Origin: Pseudomonadota bacterium
GTDB lineage: Bacteria; Myxococcota_A; UBA796; JAFGLY01
Assembly (NCBI GenBank): GCA_043814015.1
Contig: JBDRKM010000443.1
Location: 8,926 to 72,925, forward strand
Length of the DNA: 64,000 nt
Reading direction: 5' to 3'
Shown here: one piece after another, positions 36,270 to 44,875 of the stretch
How the letters are laid out: each line of letters starts with the position of its first letter
Numbering within the stretch: the first letter of the stretch is position 1
Made by a program: the position numbers and the translations under genes
Notes under the pieces: model-generated
Told to the model about the DNA's origin: nothing
Database searches by the model: none
The model's input: the letters and a program-made list of their open reading frames with translations, nothing else

Positions 36270-37311
36270 GGCGGCCTCCTTTCGGGTGGTGTGTGGAGTC
36301 GCCTGGGCAACGAGGATGCGTCCCGTGCACTTTCAGCGCGGCCTGTCAACAGGTTGTCACCAGGTCCCGGCGGTCGTACGTCGCGCGGCTCGTCGTCCTA
36401 CGCGTCTGGTCGGCCTTCGCCTCGCCCCAATCCCCTGTCCCGGAAGTCCACCGACGAATGACTGCGCCCGGCATGGAGGCTATGGGCTCCAGGCTACGGG
36501 ATGCTGGGCCCGTCTGACGGCGGCCGCGCGAATGCGCAGAGTGACGCCTCGAAGCAGCCGGCGCGGCCGGGGGAGGCGTGCTGGCGGCGGTGACGCCGAG
36601 TTCGCTGGCCAGATCCTGGGCCCGAGCCTTCTCCAAGGGGGTGTAGACCCGAGCGACCCTGATGCTGGAGGTCGGCTCGGAAGCCGGCAGGCAAGCCCCC
36701 GGCATCGCCAGCAAGCCGGACTTCTGCCCCTGCCCAGGTGCCCCGACTCGCTACGTCAGTAGGCTCGGCTGTCCCCCGACGTCGGGGATGCCACGCATTG
36801 AACCTCCAGCCAGAGTATTCATCTTACCTTGGATATCGACAAGCGCTGGTAGCACCCCCACCCCACGCAGGACCTTTCGATACGCTCCGCAGGGGCTGGC
36901 GAGGGTGCACTCCGCCCGCCCAGAGGAGCGCGGCCCTCGAAGGAGCCGGCGCTCGTCCAGGTGGGTGCCGATCCGTGCCCCTCCGGCCGCCAGAGCGCTC
37001 CCGACAGCCACGAGGGCACTCCCGAAGGCCGTCTTCGCCCACACCCCACCCTCGCTGCTCGTTCAGGTGGCTGTTTCCGGGTTGGGTGGGCTCAAGGGAC
37101 GGCCACCTGCTCGCCTGGCGGAGCGCGAGCTGACCTCCAGCGCCCTCCTGCGATGGCCGGCAGCCAGCGAGGCACTTGGCGCGAAGTAGCGCGGGTCACC
37201 TACGCGCGTAGGCAGCACCAGCGCGCGAGCGGTCACCCGCTTGCCACAGTGCGGCCAGCAGCGAGGACTTCGGCGCCGAGGCCGAGATCGTCGAGGTCGA
37301 GGACGCGGAGC

Positions 37312-37415
37312 GCTCGCCTGTGGCCTGTGGGTGATCCTCCAGCGCTGGGTGGCGAAGCGCGATCCGGGCCAGCCCGGGGTGGAGGGCAGCGTGGGGTGTT
37401 CGCATGGGGAGTGCG
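37312..37415. repeat. Right copy of the perfect 104-bp direct repeat
   Basis: Identical to 31712-31815. Confidence 0.95.
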
Positions 37416-37483
37416 CGACCGGATGCGAGGAGCACGAGAGCGCCTGCGCGGGGTGCAGGCTCGAGGGGGAGTGCGGCAGGTAG
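37312..37483 (+). pseudogene. Displaced 3' fragment of the Cys-rich mini-gene (lacks start codon and first half of the TM helix)
   Basis: Encodes ..LACGLWVILQRWVAKRDPGQPGVEGSVGCSHGEC, then a variant tail ATGCEEHESACAGCRLEGECGR, ending at TAG 37481-37483. The upstream in-frame sequence is unrelated and Arg/Gly-rich. Confidence 0.7.
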
Positions 37484-37511
37484 CGGCACGAGCGTGCGCC
37501 CAGGGCCCCCT

Positions 37512-37680
37512 CCAGGTTGCCACATCCCGCCCAGGACCCCTGCCAGGTTGCCACCTGCGCCGGCCCGCGGAATGGGACCGTGGGAAAAGTGACGTTTCAG
37601 GGTTGGCCGCTTCGGATCGCGCCATCGAGTGGGCTCTGAGTGGCAACAACAGGCCTGCCCTGGGCGCTCTTTGGCAACTT
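37512..37680. repeat. Symmetric motif array: CCAGGTTGCCAC x2 forward (37512, 37543) and (G)TGGCAAC x2 reverse (37640, 37672)
   Basis: Read directly. 31-32 bp phasing. Symmetric about ~37596, where an A/T-rich near-palindrome GAAAAGTGACGTTTC sits. Lies 64-230 nt upstream of ATG 37744. Confidence 0.6.
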
Positions 37681-37743
37681 GGGGCCCACGCTGGGCGCCG
37701 CCCGGTTACCCCCCCCACCCCACCCCCCGGAGCCCCGAGCACC

Positions 37744-38862
37744 ATGCACATCCTCTACGGCGTCGTCGGCGAGGGCATGGGGCATGCCACCCGCAGCGCG
37801 GTGGTCATCGCCCACCTGCTCGATCAGGGGCACCTCGTGCGCGTCGTGGTGTCAGGCCGCGCCCACGCCTTCCTCCAGCAGCGCTTCGCCGCCCACCCCC
37901 GCTGCGATCTGCAGGAGATCCAGGGCCTGGGCTTCGCCATGGACGGGATGGAGGTGGATCTCGAGGCCACCATCCTGGAGAACATCGAGCGCGCCCCCGA
38001 GGGCCTGCTGCGCAACCTGCTGGCCTATACGAAGGTGGTGCAGTCCGGGCCGCCGCCCGAAGCGGTGATCAGCGACTTCGAGTCCTGGGCCTGGCTGTAC
38101 GCCCGCAACCACTTCCTGCCGGTGGTGAGCCTCGACAACATGCAGGTGCTCAACCGCTGCCGGCATCCGCCGGAGGTGGTGGCCGATGAGTCTTTCCAGC
38201 TCGCCAAGCTGGCCGTGAAGTTGAAGCTGCCCGGCGCCTGGCACTACCTCGTCACCAGCTTCTTCTTCCCCGAGGTCCGCAAGCCGCGCACGACGCTGGT
38301 CCCCCCCATCCTGCGCCCCGAGATCCTGGCGGCCCGGCGCGAGCCTGGCGATCATGTGGTGGTCTACCAGGCCGCCGCCGCGCTCACGGCCTGGCTGCCC
38401 GTGCTCGCCACCCTTCCGTTCCGCTTCCGCGTGTACGGCAGCGGGCGTGAGGGTGTCGAGGGCAACCTCGATCTGCGCCCGTTCTCCGCCCAGGGCTTCG
38501 TGGACGACCTGCGCACCGCCCGCGCCGTGCTGGCCGGCGGCGGCTTCTCGCTCATGTCCGAGGCCGTCCACCTCGGGGTCCCGTACTTCGCCGTGCCGCT
38601 GGGACAGCAGTACGAGCAGACCCTCAATGCCCGGTACCTCTGCTGGCTGGGCTACGGTGACTGGGCCCCGGCGCCCGAGCGCGAGCGCCTGCTGCGCTTC
38701 CTGGTCAGCGCCGAGGACTGCGCCCGGGCCCTCAACCGCTACCCGCGCCAGGACAACTCCCTGGCCCTGGCCTGCGTGGACGAGCTCCTCCAGCGCATCG
38801 CCGCCGGCGAGCCCCGCCCCGACCGCCTGGCGAACGAGGGGATGGCGTGCTGGGAGGGGTAG
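37744..38862 (+). CDS. Glycosyltransferase (GT28/MGT-like, MJ1255-type)
   Basis: In-frame ATG 37744 giving MHILYGVVGEGMGHATRSAVVIAHLL (G-rich nucleotide-sugar loop). C-terminal GGFSLMSEAVHLGVPYFAVP. Upstream part of ORF 36961.. is junk. Confidence 0.7.
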   Translation: MHILYGVVGEGMGHATRSAVVIAHLLDQGHLVRVVVSGRAHAFLQQRFAAHPRCDLQEIQGLGFAMDGMEVDLEATILENIERAPEGLLRNLLAYTKVVQSGPPPEAVISDFESWAWLYARNHFLPVVSLDNMQVLNRCRHPPEVVADESFQLAKLAVKLKLPGAWHYLVTSFFFPEVRKPRTTLVPPILRPEILAARREPGDHVVVYQAAAALTAWLPVLATLPFRFRVYGSGREGVEGNLDLRPFSAQGFVDDLRTARAVLAGGGFSLMSEAVHLGVPYFAVPLGQQYEQTLNARYLCWLGYGDWAPAPERERLLRFLVSAEDCARALNRYPRQDNSLALACVDELLQRIAAGEPRPDRLANEGMACWEG

Positions 38863-38912
38863 GGGATCGGCCCTTCCTGTGTCAGAATGCCCCCTGTGCA
38901 CCAGGAGCCCCC

Positions 38913-40340
38913 ATGCGCCTCGCCCTCCTCCTGCTCGCCGCCTGTACCCCCGTAGGGGACGGCCCCTCCGACGACACCGCGGTCGACGACACGGCGGTCG
39001 AGGAGGTCCCCCTCGAGATCGCCGATCTCACGCTGGAGCCCTCGGCGGCCATCACCCTCGTGGCCACCCTGCGCTGGACCACCCCGCTCGAGGCCACGGG
39101 CGCCGTGGAATTCGGACCTGCCGAGGGCGACTTCGAGCTGGTGGTGGACCACGGCGACGTCGGCACCGAGCACGAGGTCGTCGTGGTCGGCATGCACGAG
39201 GCCACCGCCTACCAGCTGCGGGCCGTCTCCACCACCGCGGGCGGCCAGGAGGTGCGCTCCGAGCCCGTGACCTTCACCACCGGCACCGTGCCCGACCCCT
39301 GGCGCCCCCTGGTCCTCGACGCCTACGATCCGGCCCGCACCCAGCCGGGCTGGACCCTCTTCAACGTGGCCACCGGCTACTCCACGCGCACTCTGGTGGT
39401 GATGGTGGACCTCGACGGCGAGCCCGTCTGGTACTTCGACGACGGGGACGGCGGGCGCTCCGACGTGGTGCCCGAGCTGGTGGACGGCCGCCGCGTGCTC
39501 ATCGGGCCCGGCGTGCCTTCGGGCAGCCACCCCATCGCGGTGGACCTGGCGGGCGAGGTGCTCTGGACCGGCCCCCAGCAGGATCTCGGCTTCACCGACG
39601 GCGGCTTCCACCACGTCTTCCACGAGCTTCAGGACGGCACCCACATGCTGGTGGAGTACACCTCCGACTCCCTCGGCTACATGGGCGACACCATCCAGGT
39701 CTTCGACGACGACCTCAACATCGTGTGGGACTGGTGCACCTTCGATCACCTCGCGGATCACCCCGCCTGGGTCCACACCAACGCCGTCTTCCTGGACGAG
39801 CCGGGCGGCCTCTTGTACGCCAACTCCTACCAGATGGGGCAGACCTACAAGATCCACCGGGAGAGCGGCGATGTCCTTTGGACCTTCGGCGAGGGCGGCG
39901 ACTTCGCCCCCGACCCCTGGGAGGTGGAGCCTTTCCCCTACCACGCCCACGCCTTCCAGATCCTGCCCGACGGGCACGTGCTGATGTACGACAACGGCTC
40001 GTCCGAGCGCGGCTGGTCGCGCGTGGTGGAGTACGCCCTGGACGAGGACAGCATGACCTCCGAGATCGTCTGGCAGTACCCGGGGCGCCTGGCCTGGGAT
40101 CCCTGGTGGGCCGCGGCCTGGGGGGACGTGGAGCGCCTGGAGAACGGCAACACCCTCATCAACGCCAGCGCCGGTACCAACACCCCGGCCGAGACCGTCA
40201 GCCGCCTCTTCGAGGTGACCCCGGAGGGCGACACCGTCTGGCAGGCCTGGCTCTACCAGGGCCTGGGCCTGGAGCTCGGCGCCTACGCCGTGAGCCGCGT
40301 CCCCGCCATCGCCCGGCCCATCGCCGGGGAGGGCAGGTGA
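38913..40340 (+). CDS. Arylsulfotransferase (ASST)-like beta-propeller lipoprotein with N-terminal FN3-like domain
   Basis: In-frame ATG 38913. Lipobox LLLLAACT. LRWTTPLEATGAVEFG FN3-like block. HHVFHELQDGTHML and LENGNTLIN motifs typical of the ASST family. Confidence 0.65.
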   Translation: MRLALLLLAACTPVGDGPSDDTAVDDTAVEEVPLEIADLTLEPSAAITLVATLRWTTPLEATGAVEFGPAEGDFELVVDHGDVGTEHEVVVVGMHEATAYQLRAVSTTAGGQEVRSEPVTFTTGTVPDPWRPLVLDAYDPARTQPGWTLFNVATGYSTRTLVVMVDLDGEPVWYFDDGDGGRSDVVPELVDGRRVLIGPGVPSGSHPIAVDLAGEVLWTGPQQDLGFTDGGFHHVFHELQDGTHMLVEYTSDSLGYMGDTIQVFDDDLNIVWDWCTFDHLADHPAWVHTNAVFLDEPGGLLYANSYQMGQTYKIHRESGDVLWTFGEGGDFAPDPWEVEPFPYHAHAFQILPDGHVLMYDNGSSERGWSRVVEYALDEDSMTSEIVWQYPGRLAWDPWWAAAWGDVERLENGNTLINASAGTNTPAETVSRLFEVTPEGDTVWQAWLYQGLGLELGAYAVSRVPAIARPIAGEGR

Positions 40341-40342
40341 GC

Positions 40343-41896
40343 ATGCGCGCCATGCTGCTCATCGCCCTGCTCGTCGGCTGCCCCGGCCGCTTCGACAGCC
40401 CGAGCGACTCCCCGCCCGCGGACAGCGAGCCCACGACCGACGACACGGCCGACAGCGGCGGCGACCCCCTGCCCGCCGAGGACGTCGATGGCGACGGGTT
40501 CTTTGCACCCGAGGACTGCAACGACCTCGATCCCCTCATCCACCCCGACGCCCTCGACGTCATCAACGGCGCCGACGACAACTGCGACGGCGCGCGCGAC
40601 GTCCAGCTGCTCTCTGGTGTCCACACCAAGCTGGTGGGCGAGCACGACGGCGACTGGGCCGGCGCCAGCGTGGCGGGCCTGGGCGATGTGAACGCCGACG
40701 GCTTCGCCGACATCGGGGTCGGCGCCTGGTACGAGCCCACCAACGGCCGCAACGCGGGCGCCGCCTACGTGCTCCTCGGCCCCGTGGAGCGCGGCACCTA
40801 TTCCCTGGTCTACTCGGACGTGAAGTTCGTGGGCGAGGCCATGGGCGACACCCTCTCCCGCCTCGAGGGCGCGGGCGACATGGACGGCGACGGGGTCGGC
40901 GACCTCTTGCTGTGCGCCCAGTACGAGGACACCGCCGGTCGCGACGCCGGCGCCGCCTACCTGGTGCTCGGCCCGCCCGAGGGCCCCTGGGACCTGGCGG
41001 ACGCCGAGGCCAAGATCCTGGCGGAGGCCGCCGGAGACGGTCTGATGCGCGCCATGCGCGGCGGCGATCTGGACGCGGACGGCTTCCCCGACCTGCTGAT
41101 CGGTTGCCCGGGCGACGACACCGCCGGCAGCGGCGCGGGCGCGGCCTACGTGCTGACGGGGCCCATCTCGGGTGCGCTGTCCCTGGCCGACGCCCACGCC
41201 AAGCTCATCGGTCAGGCGGGCGGGGACACCTCCGGTGCCTTCCTGGCCGCCCCCGGCGACATGGACGGCGATGGCCATGACGACGTGGTGGTGGGCGATC
41301 ACAACGGCAGCCACGGCGGCTCCCACCGCGGCAGCGCCTACCTCATCCGGGGCCCCGTGCCCGCGGGGGCGGGCACCCTGCTGGATACCGCCAGCGCGGT
41401 GTTCTACGGCTCCGTGGACGACGCCCAGGCCGGCAAGGTGGCCGAAGCCGGCGATCTGGACGGCGACGGCGACACGGACTGGCTCACCGCCGCCTTCGGC
41501 GATCACGGCGCGCGCACCTACCTCTTCGACGGCGCGCTGAACGGCGAGATCGCCGGGCGGGACGCCTTCGCGGTGGTCGCCCTCGAGGTGGCCGACGCCG
41601 TGGGGGTCGGCGATCTGGACGCCGACGGCTACGACGACCTGCTGGTGGGCGACGAGCTGGGTTCCTACCTCCTGTTCGGCCCGCTGCTGGGCGGCGACCT
41701 CGCCGAGGCTGACGTCGACGTCTTCCTGCCCGCCGAAGAGGAGGACGACGACGCCGGCTTCCGCGTGGCCGCCGCGGGCGACACCGACGCGGACGGCTGC
41801 GCCGACCTGCTCATCGGCGCCCGCCACGAGGACATGGGCGGCGACGACGCCGGCGCCGCCTACCTGGTGCTCGGCTCGCCGCGCGCGGCCCGCTGA
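40343..41896 (+). CDS. FG-GAP (integrin-alpha-like) repeat lipoprotein with myxobacterial metal-binding motif
   Basis: In-frame ATG 40343. Lipobox LIALLVGC. DGDGFFAPEDCNDLDPLIHPDA..DDNCDG. Repeated GD.(N/D)(A/G)DG..D...G units. Confidence 0.8.
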   Translation: MRAMLLIALLVGCPGRFDSPSDSPPADSEPTTDDTADSGGDPLPAEDVDGDGFFAPEDCNDLDPLIHPDALDVINGADDNCDGARDVQLLSGVHTKLVGEHDGDWAGASVAGLGDVNADGFADIGVGAWYEPTNGRNAGAAYVLLGPVERGTYSLVYSDVKFVGEAMGDTLSRLEGAGDMDGDGVGDLLLCAQYEDTAGRDAGAAYLVLGPPEGPWDLADAEAKILAEAAGDGLMRAMRGGDLDADGFPDLLIGCPGDDTAGSGAGAAYVLTGPISGALSLADAHAKLIGQAGGDTSGAFLAAPGDMDGDGHDDVVVGDHNGSHGGSHRGSAYLIRGPVPAGAGTLLDTASAVFYGSVDDAQAGKVAEAGDLDGDGDTDWLTAAFGDHGARTYLFDGALNGEIAGRDAFAVVALEVADAVGVGDLDADGYDDLLVGDELGSYLLFGPLLGGDLAEADVDVFLPAEEEDDDAGFRVAAAGDTDADGCADLLIGARHEDMGGDDAGAAYLVLGSPRAAR

Positions 41897-41908
41897 CAGG
41901 AGCGCCCC

Positions 41909-43454
41909 GTGTCCGTCTCCACCCTGGGTTTCTGCGTCGAACTCTCCCTGAGCTGCCCGGCCTGCCGCAACCCCCGTACCCGTCAACGGGCTCACGGAGT
42001 CCCTGCCCTGCCCGAGCTGCGGCGCGGCGGTGGAGCTGTCCTTCGACCACTGGAAGGGCTTCTTCGACGCCGAGAACGTGCTGCAGGTGCTGGGCATGGA
42101 GCGGGGCCTGGGCATGGAGTGGTCCCTGCTCGGTCACCGCGACATGCAGGGCCGCTTGAACCACCTGCCGGCGCGCTGCGGCGCGTGCAAGGCCGAGGTG
42201 CCGGTGGCGGAGCTCGCCCGGCTGGCCGAGCTGGGCCGGCACACCTGCGCCTGCGGGGTCGAGCGCACCGTGCGCGCGGCGCCGGACTGGGCGCAGGTGG
42301 TCTTTCCCGGCGCGCGCTGGGCGGTGGACGAGCACCTCGGCGGCGCCGACGACGGCACCCGCGGCGCCACCCAGCCCGTGCTGATGGCCTGCATGGGCTG
42401 CGGCGGCCCGCTGCGGGTGGACGGCCGCGCGCGCGTGGTCCGCTGCGGCCACTGTGGCGACGAGAACTTCCTGCCCGACGCCCTGTGGAACCGCCTGCAC
42501 CCGGTCGCGAGGATCCAGGAGTTCTTCGTCGTCTGCGAGCTCGACGCCAGGCGCCTGGCCCGCCTGCGGGCCGTGGACGACGGCGACGACGACGGGGAGC
42601 TCACCCTGCTGCAGGGCGCCCTGCTGCCCCCCGACCTGCTGGCGCGCATGAGCGGCAGTGGCAACGACGCGCTGCGCCAGGGAGCGGCCGCCGCGTCGGC
42701 CCTGCCCCCTGAAGCCGTGGCGCGGCTGGTTCGGGACGAGGACTGGACCGTGCGCGCCGCCCTGGCCGCCAACCCCGCCCTCGATCCGCCCACCCTGGCC
42801 ACCCTGGCAGCCGACGAGGACAACGACGTGCGCGAGGCCGTCGCCGCCCACCCCGGCGCGCGGCCGGAGCTGCTGGCGAGGCTCCTGGGGGACTCAGACT
42901 GGAACGTTCGGCTGGCAGCCATGAAGAACCCCCGCACCCCCACCCCGGCCATCGCGGCCAGGGCCGCCGTGGAGGGGGACAGGGACGTGCTCGGCGCGCT
43001 GCGCGCCCGCTCCGACCTCGATGTCGCCGTGCTCGACGCCCTCGCGCGCAGCAGCGACGACGACGCCCGCGCCATCGCCGCGGGGCACCCCCGCACCCCT
43101 CCCGAGGCCCTGGCCTTCATGGTGGAGACCGGCTCCGGCGATGTCCGCGTCCAGATCGCCCGCCACCCCGCCACCCCGGCGGACGCACTGCCGCGGTTGT
43201 TGGAGCGTGGCGACGACGAGGTCCTCGAGGCCCTGGCCATCCGCCCGGACCTGCCCCCTGGCCTCCTGCTCCACCTCGCGCGTGAGGGCGTCGTCGCCGT
43301 GGCCGCCGCCGCGCGCACCAACCCCGGTTGGCACGCCGCCCACGCCGCCGCCACACGCACCCGCCTGCTCATCGGCGCCGCGGTGGTGCTGTTGGCGCTC
43401 GGCGCCGGCGCTGTGGTCCTGATCCTCGGCCGCCTGAGCCTGGTCCTGAGGTGA
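41909..43454 (+). CDS. Zinc-ribbon plus leucine-rich-repeat-variant (LRV/HEAT-like) protein with C-terminal TM helix, interrupted by a +1 frameshift in a C5 run (41971-41975)
   Basis: GTG 41909 after AGGAG. Frame A gives LSCPACRNP. Removing one C continues VPVNGLTESLPCPSCGAAVELSF... (ORF 42030..43454). Repeated DW.VR.A.A.NP units follow. Confidence 0.65.
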
Positions 43455-43490
43455 GTTACTGGGGGCCGCCCTTTGCTGGAGCCCCCTCCC

Positions 43491-44859
43491 ATGCCTCGCC
43501 TGCCCCTGCTCGCCCTGCTCGCCCTCGCCTGCAACCCGCCCGCCGACACCGGCGACACCGCGCCCCCCACCACCATCCCCGACCTCCCCAACGCCGGCTG
43601 TGGCATGGCCGCCTACGCCTGGCTGCCGCTGGAGGGCATGGGCCAGATCGTGGACGACGACGAGGCCGACGACCTCTCCCTCGGCTCCGCCGCCATCGAC
43701 TTCGTGCTGGAGTCCTACGGGGTCACCCAGTTCTCGCCGCTGCCCTACGACGTGCAGGGCTGGCGCCTGCGCTACACCACCCCAGGACAAGGGCCAGCCC
43801 GTGGAGGCCACCATGGTGCTGACCCTGCCGGACGTGGACGACGGCACCGCCTTCCCCCTGGTGGTCTTCCCCCACGGCACTTCGGGCTTCACCGACGCCT
43901 GCGCCCCCTCCGCCGGGGGCCTGGAGGAGAACGCCCTGCCCATCGTGGTGGCGGCCATGGGCTACGCCGTCGCCGCGCCCGACTACCTCGGCATGGCCGG
44001 CTTCGGCGAGCCCTCCGGGATGCTCCACCCCTACCTCGTGCCCGAGGCCACCGCGGTGGCCAGCCTGGACTCGGCCCGCGCCGCCGTCAACTTCGTGGCA
44101 GCGGAGCAGCCCGGCGCCACCGTCGACCTCGGCCAGACCGTGCTGTGGGGCGGCTCTGAGGGCGGCTTCGCCGTGGTCTGGTCCGAGCTGTACGCCGCCG
44201 AGTACCTGCCCGAGGCCACCATCGCCGCCACCATCGCCCTGGTGCCCCCCACGGACCTGACCGCCGTCGCCAGGGCCGCCCTGGCCGCGCCCATCGCCGC
44301 CTCCGGCGGCCTGGTGGGCGCCTGGGTGGGCGAGCACTCCTGGTACCAGGCCCCCGGCCACGACCTCTCCGAAGTCCTGCTCGATCCCATCGCCGAGGCC
44401 CTGCCGGGCGAGATGATGCTGTCCTGCTCCGACTTCCCCTCCGTGGACGGCATCGGGACCCTGGAGGACATGTTCCAGCCGGCAGTGCTGGAGGCCGCCG
44501 CCGCGGGCACCCTCGGCGACCTCGATCCCTGGTCCTGCTACCTCGGCCTGGCCGATCTCCACGGCGCGCGCATCCCCCGCACCATCGATCCCCCCGTGCT
44601 GGTGGTCGTCAGCGAGGAGGACGACCTGGTGGTGGCCGCCACCGTGCGCGACTCCATCCCGAGCCTGTGCGGCGACGGCTACGACATCGACTACCTGGAG
44701 TGCGCCGGCGCCAGCCACACCGAGGGCGCCGTCAAGTCGCTGCCGTATCAGTTCCAGTGGGTGAAGGACCGCCTCGCCGGCATCGCGCAGGACCCAGCCG
44801 AGGTCTGCGCGGTCGACGCCCCCATCGACTGCGACCAGTTCCTGGACCTCGAGGAGTGA
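43491..44859 (+). CDS. Secreted alpha/beta-hydrolase (lipase/esterase-like) lipoprotein, interrupted by a +1 frameshift in a C4 run (43780-43783)
   Basis: MPRLPLLALLALAC lipobox in ORF 43473..44159. At RLRYTT the frame switches to QDKGQPVEATMVLTLP (ORF 43600..44859). Nucleophile elbow WGGSEGG. Confidence 0.7.
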
Positions 44860-44875
44860 GAGAGCCTCCAGCCTC

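Larger units (their letters stand above)
31712..37415. mobile_element. Putative integrated genomic island (no intact integrase) bounded by the 104-bp direct repeats
   Basis: The direct repeats duplicate the 3' end of the rnf-terminal mini-gene. The interior is visibly less GC-rich in places. It holds two secreted-protein genes on the opposite strand to the rnf operon, a transposase-like remnant, and about 1.4 kb with no convincing ORF. Confidence 0.45.

Noticed and set aside
36346-36714. 122-aa minus-strand ORF with an HTH/RHH-like stretch (IRVARVYTPLEKARAQDLASELGVTAAS)
   Set aside because: Only about 45 codons look coding-like and the rest is Ser/Arg/Pro-rich. The resemblance to IS3 OrfA or CopG is impressionistic and cannot be supported without a search.
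31816-37311. tRNA or tmRNA attachment site, or an integrase, inside the island
   Set aside because: I looked for T-loop-like GGTTCGAATCC/GTTCAAATC strings and for R..H..R..Y recombinase motifs in all listed ORFs and found none. The only mobile-element trace is the weak IS91-like fossil.
37638-37690. TGGCAACAACAGG and TTGGCAACTTGGGGCC as sigma-54 promoters
   Set aside because: No GC dinucleotide falls at the required distance from the GG (off by one to three nt). These are better explained as reverse copies of the GTTGCCA motif.
36961-37743. Upstream extension of the glycosyltransferase ORF, and other ORFs in 36270-37740
   Set aside because: Low-complexity Arg/Pro/Gly translations that cross the repeat and motif arrays. 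GC3 phase and homology begin at ATG 37744.
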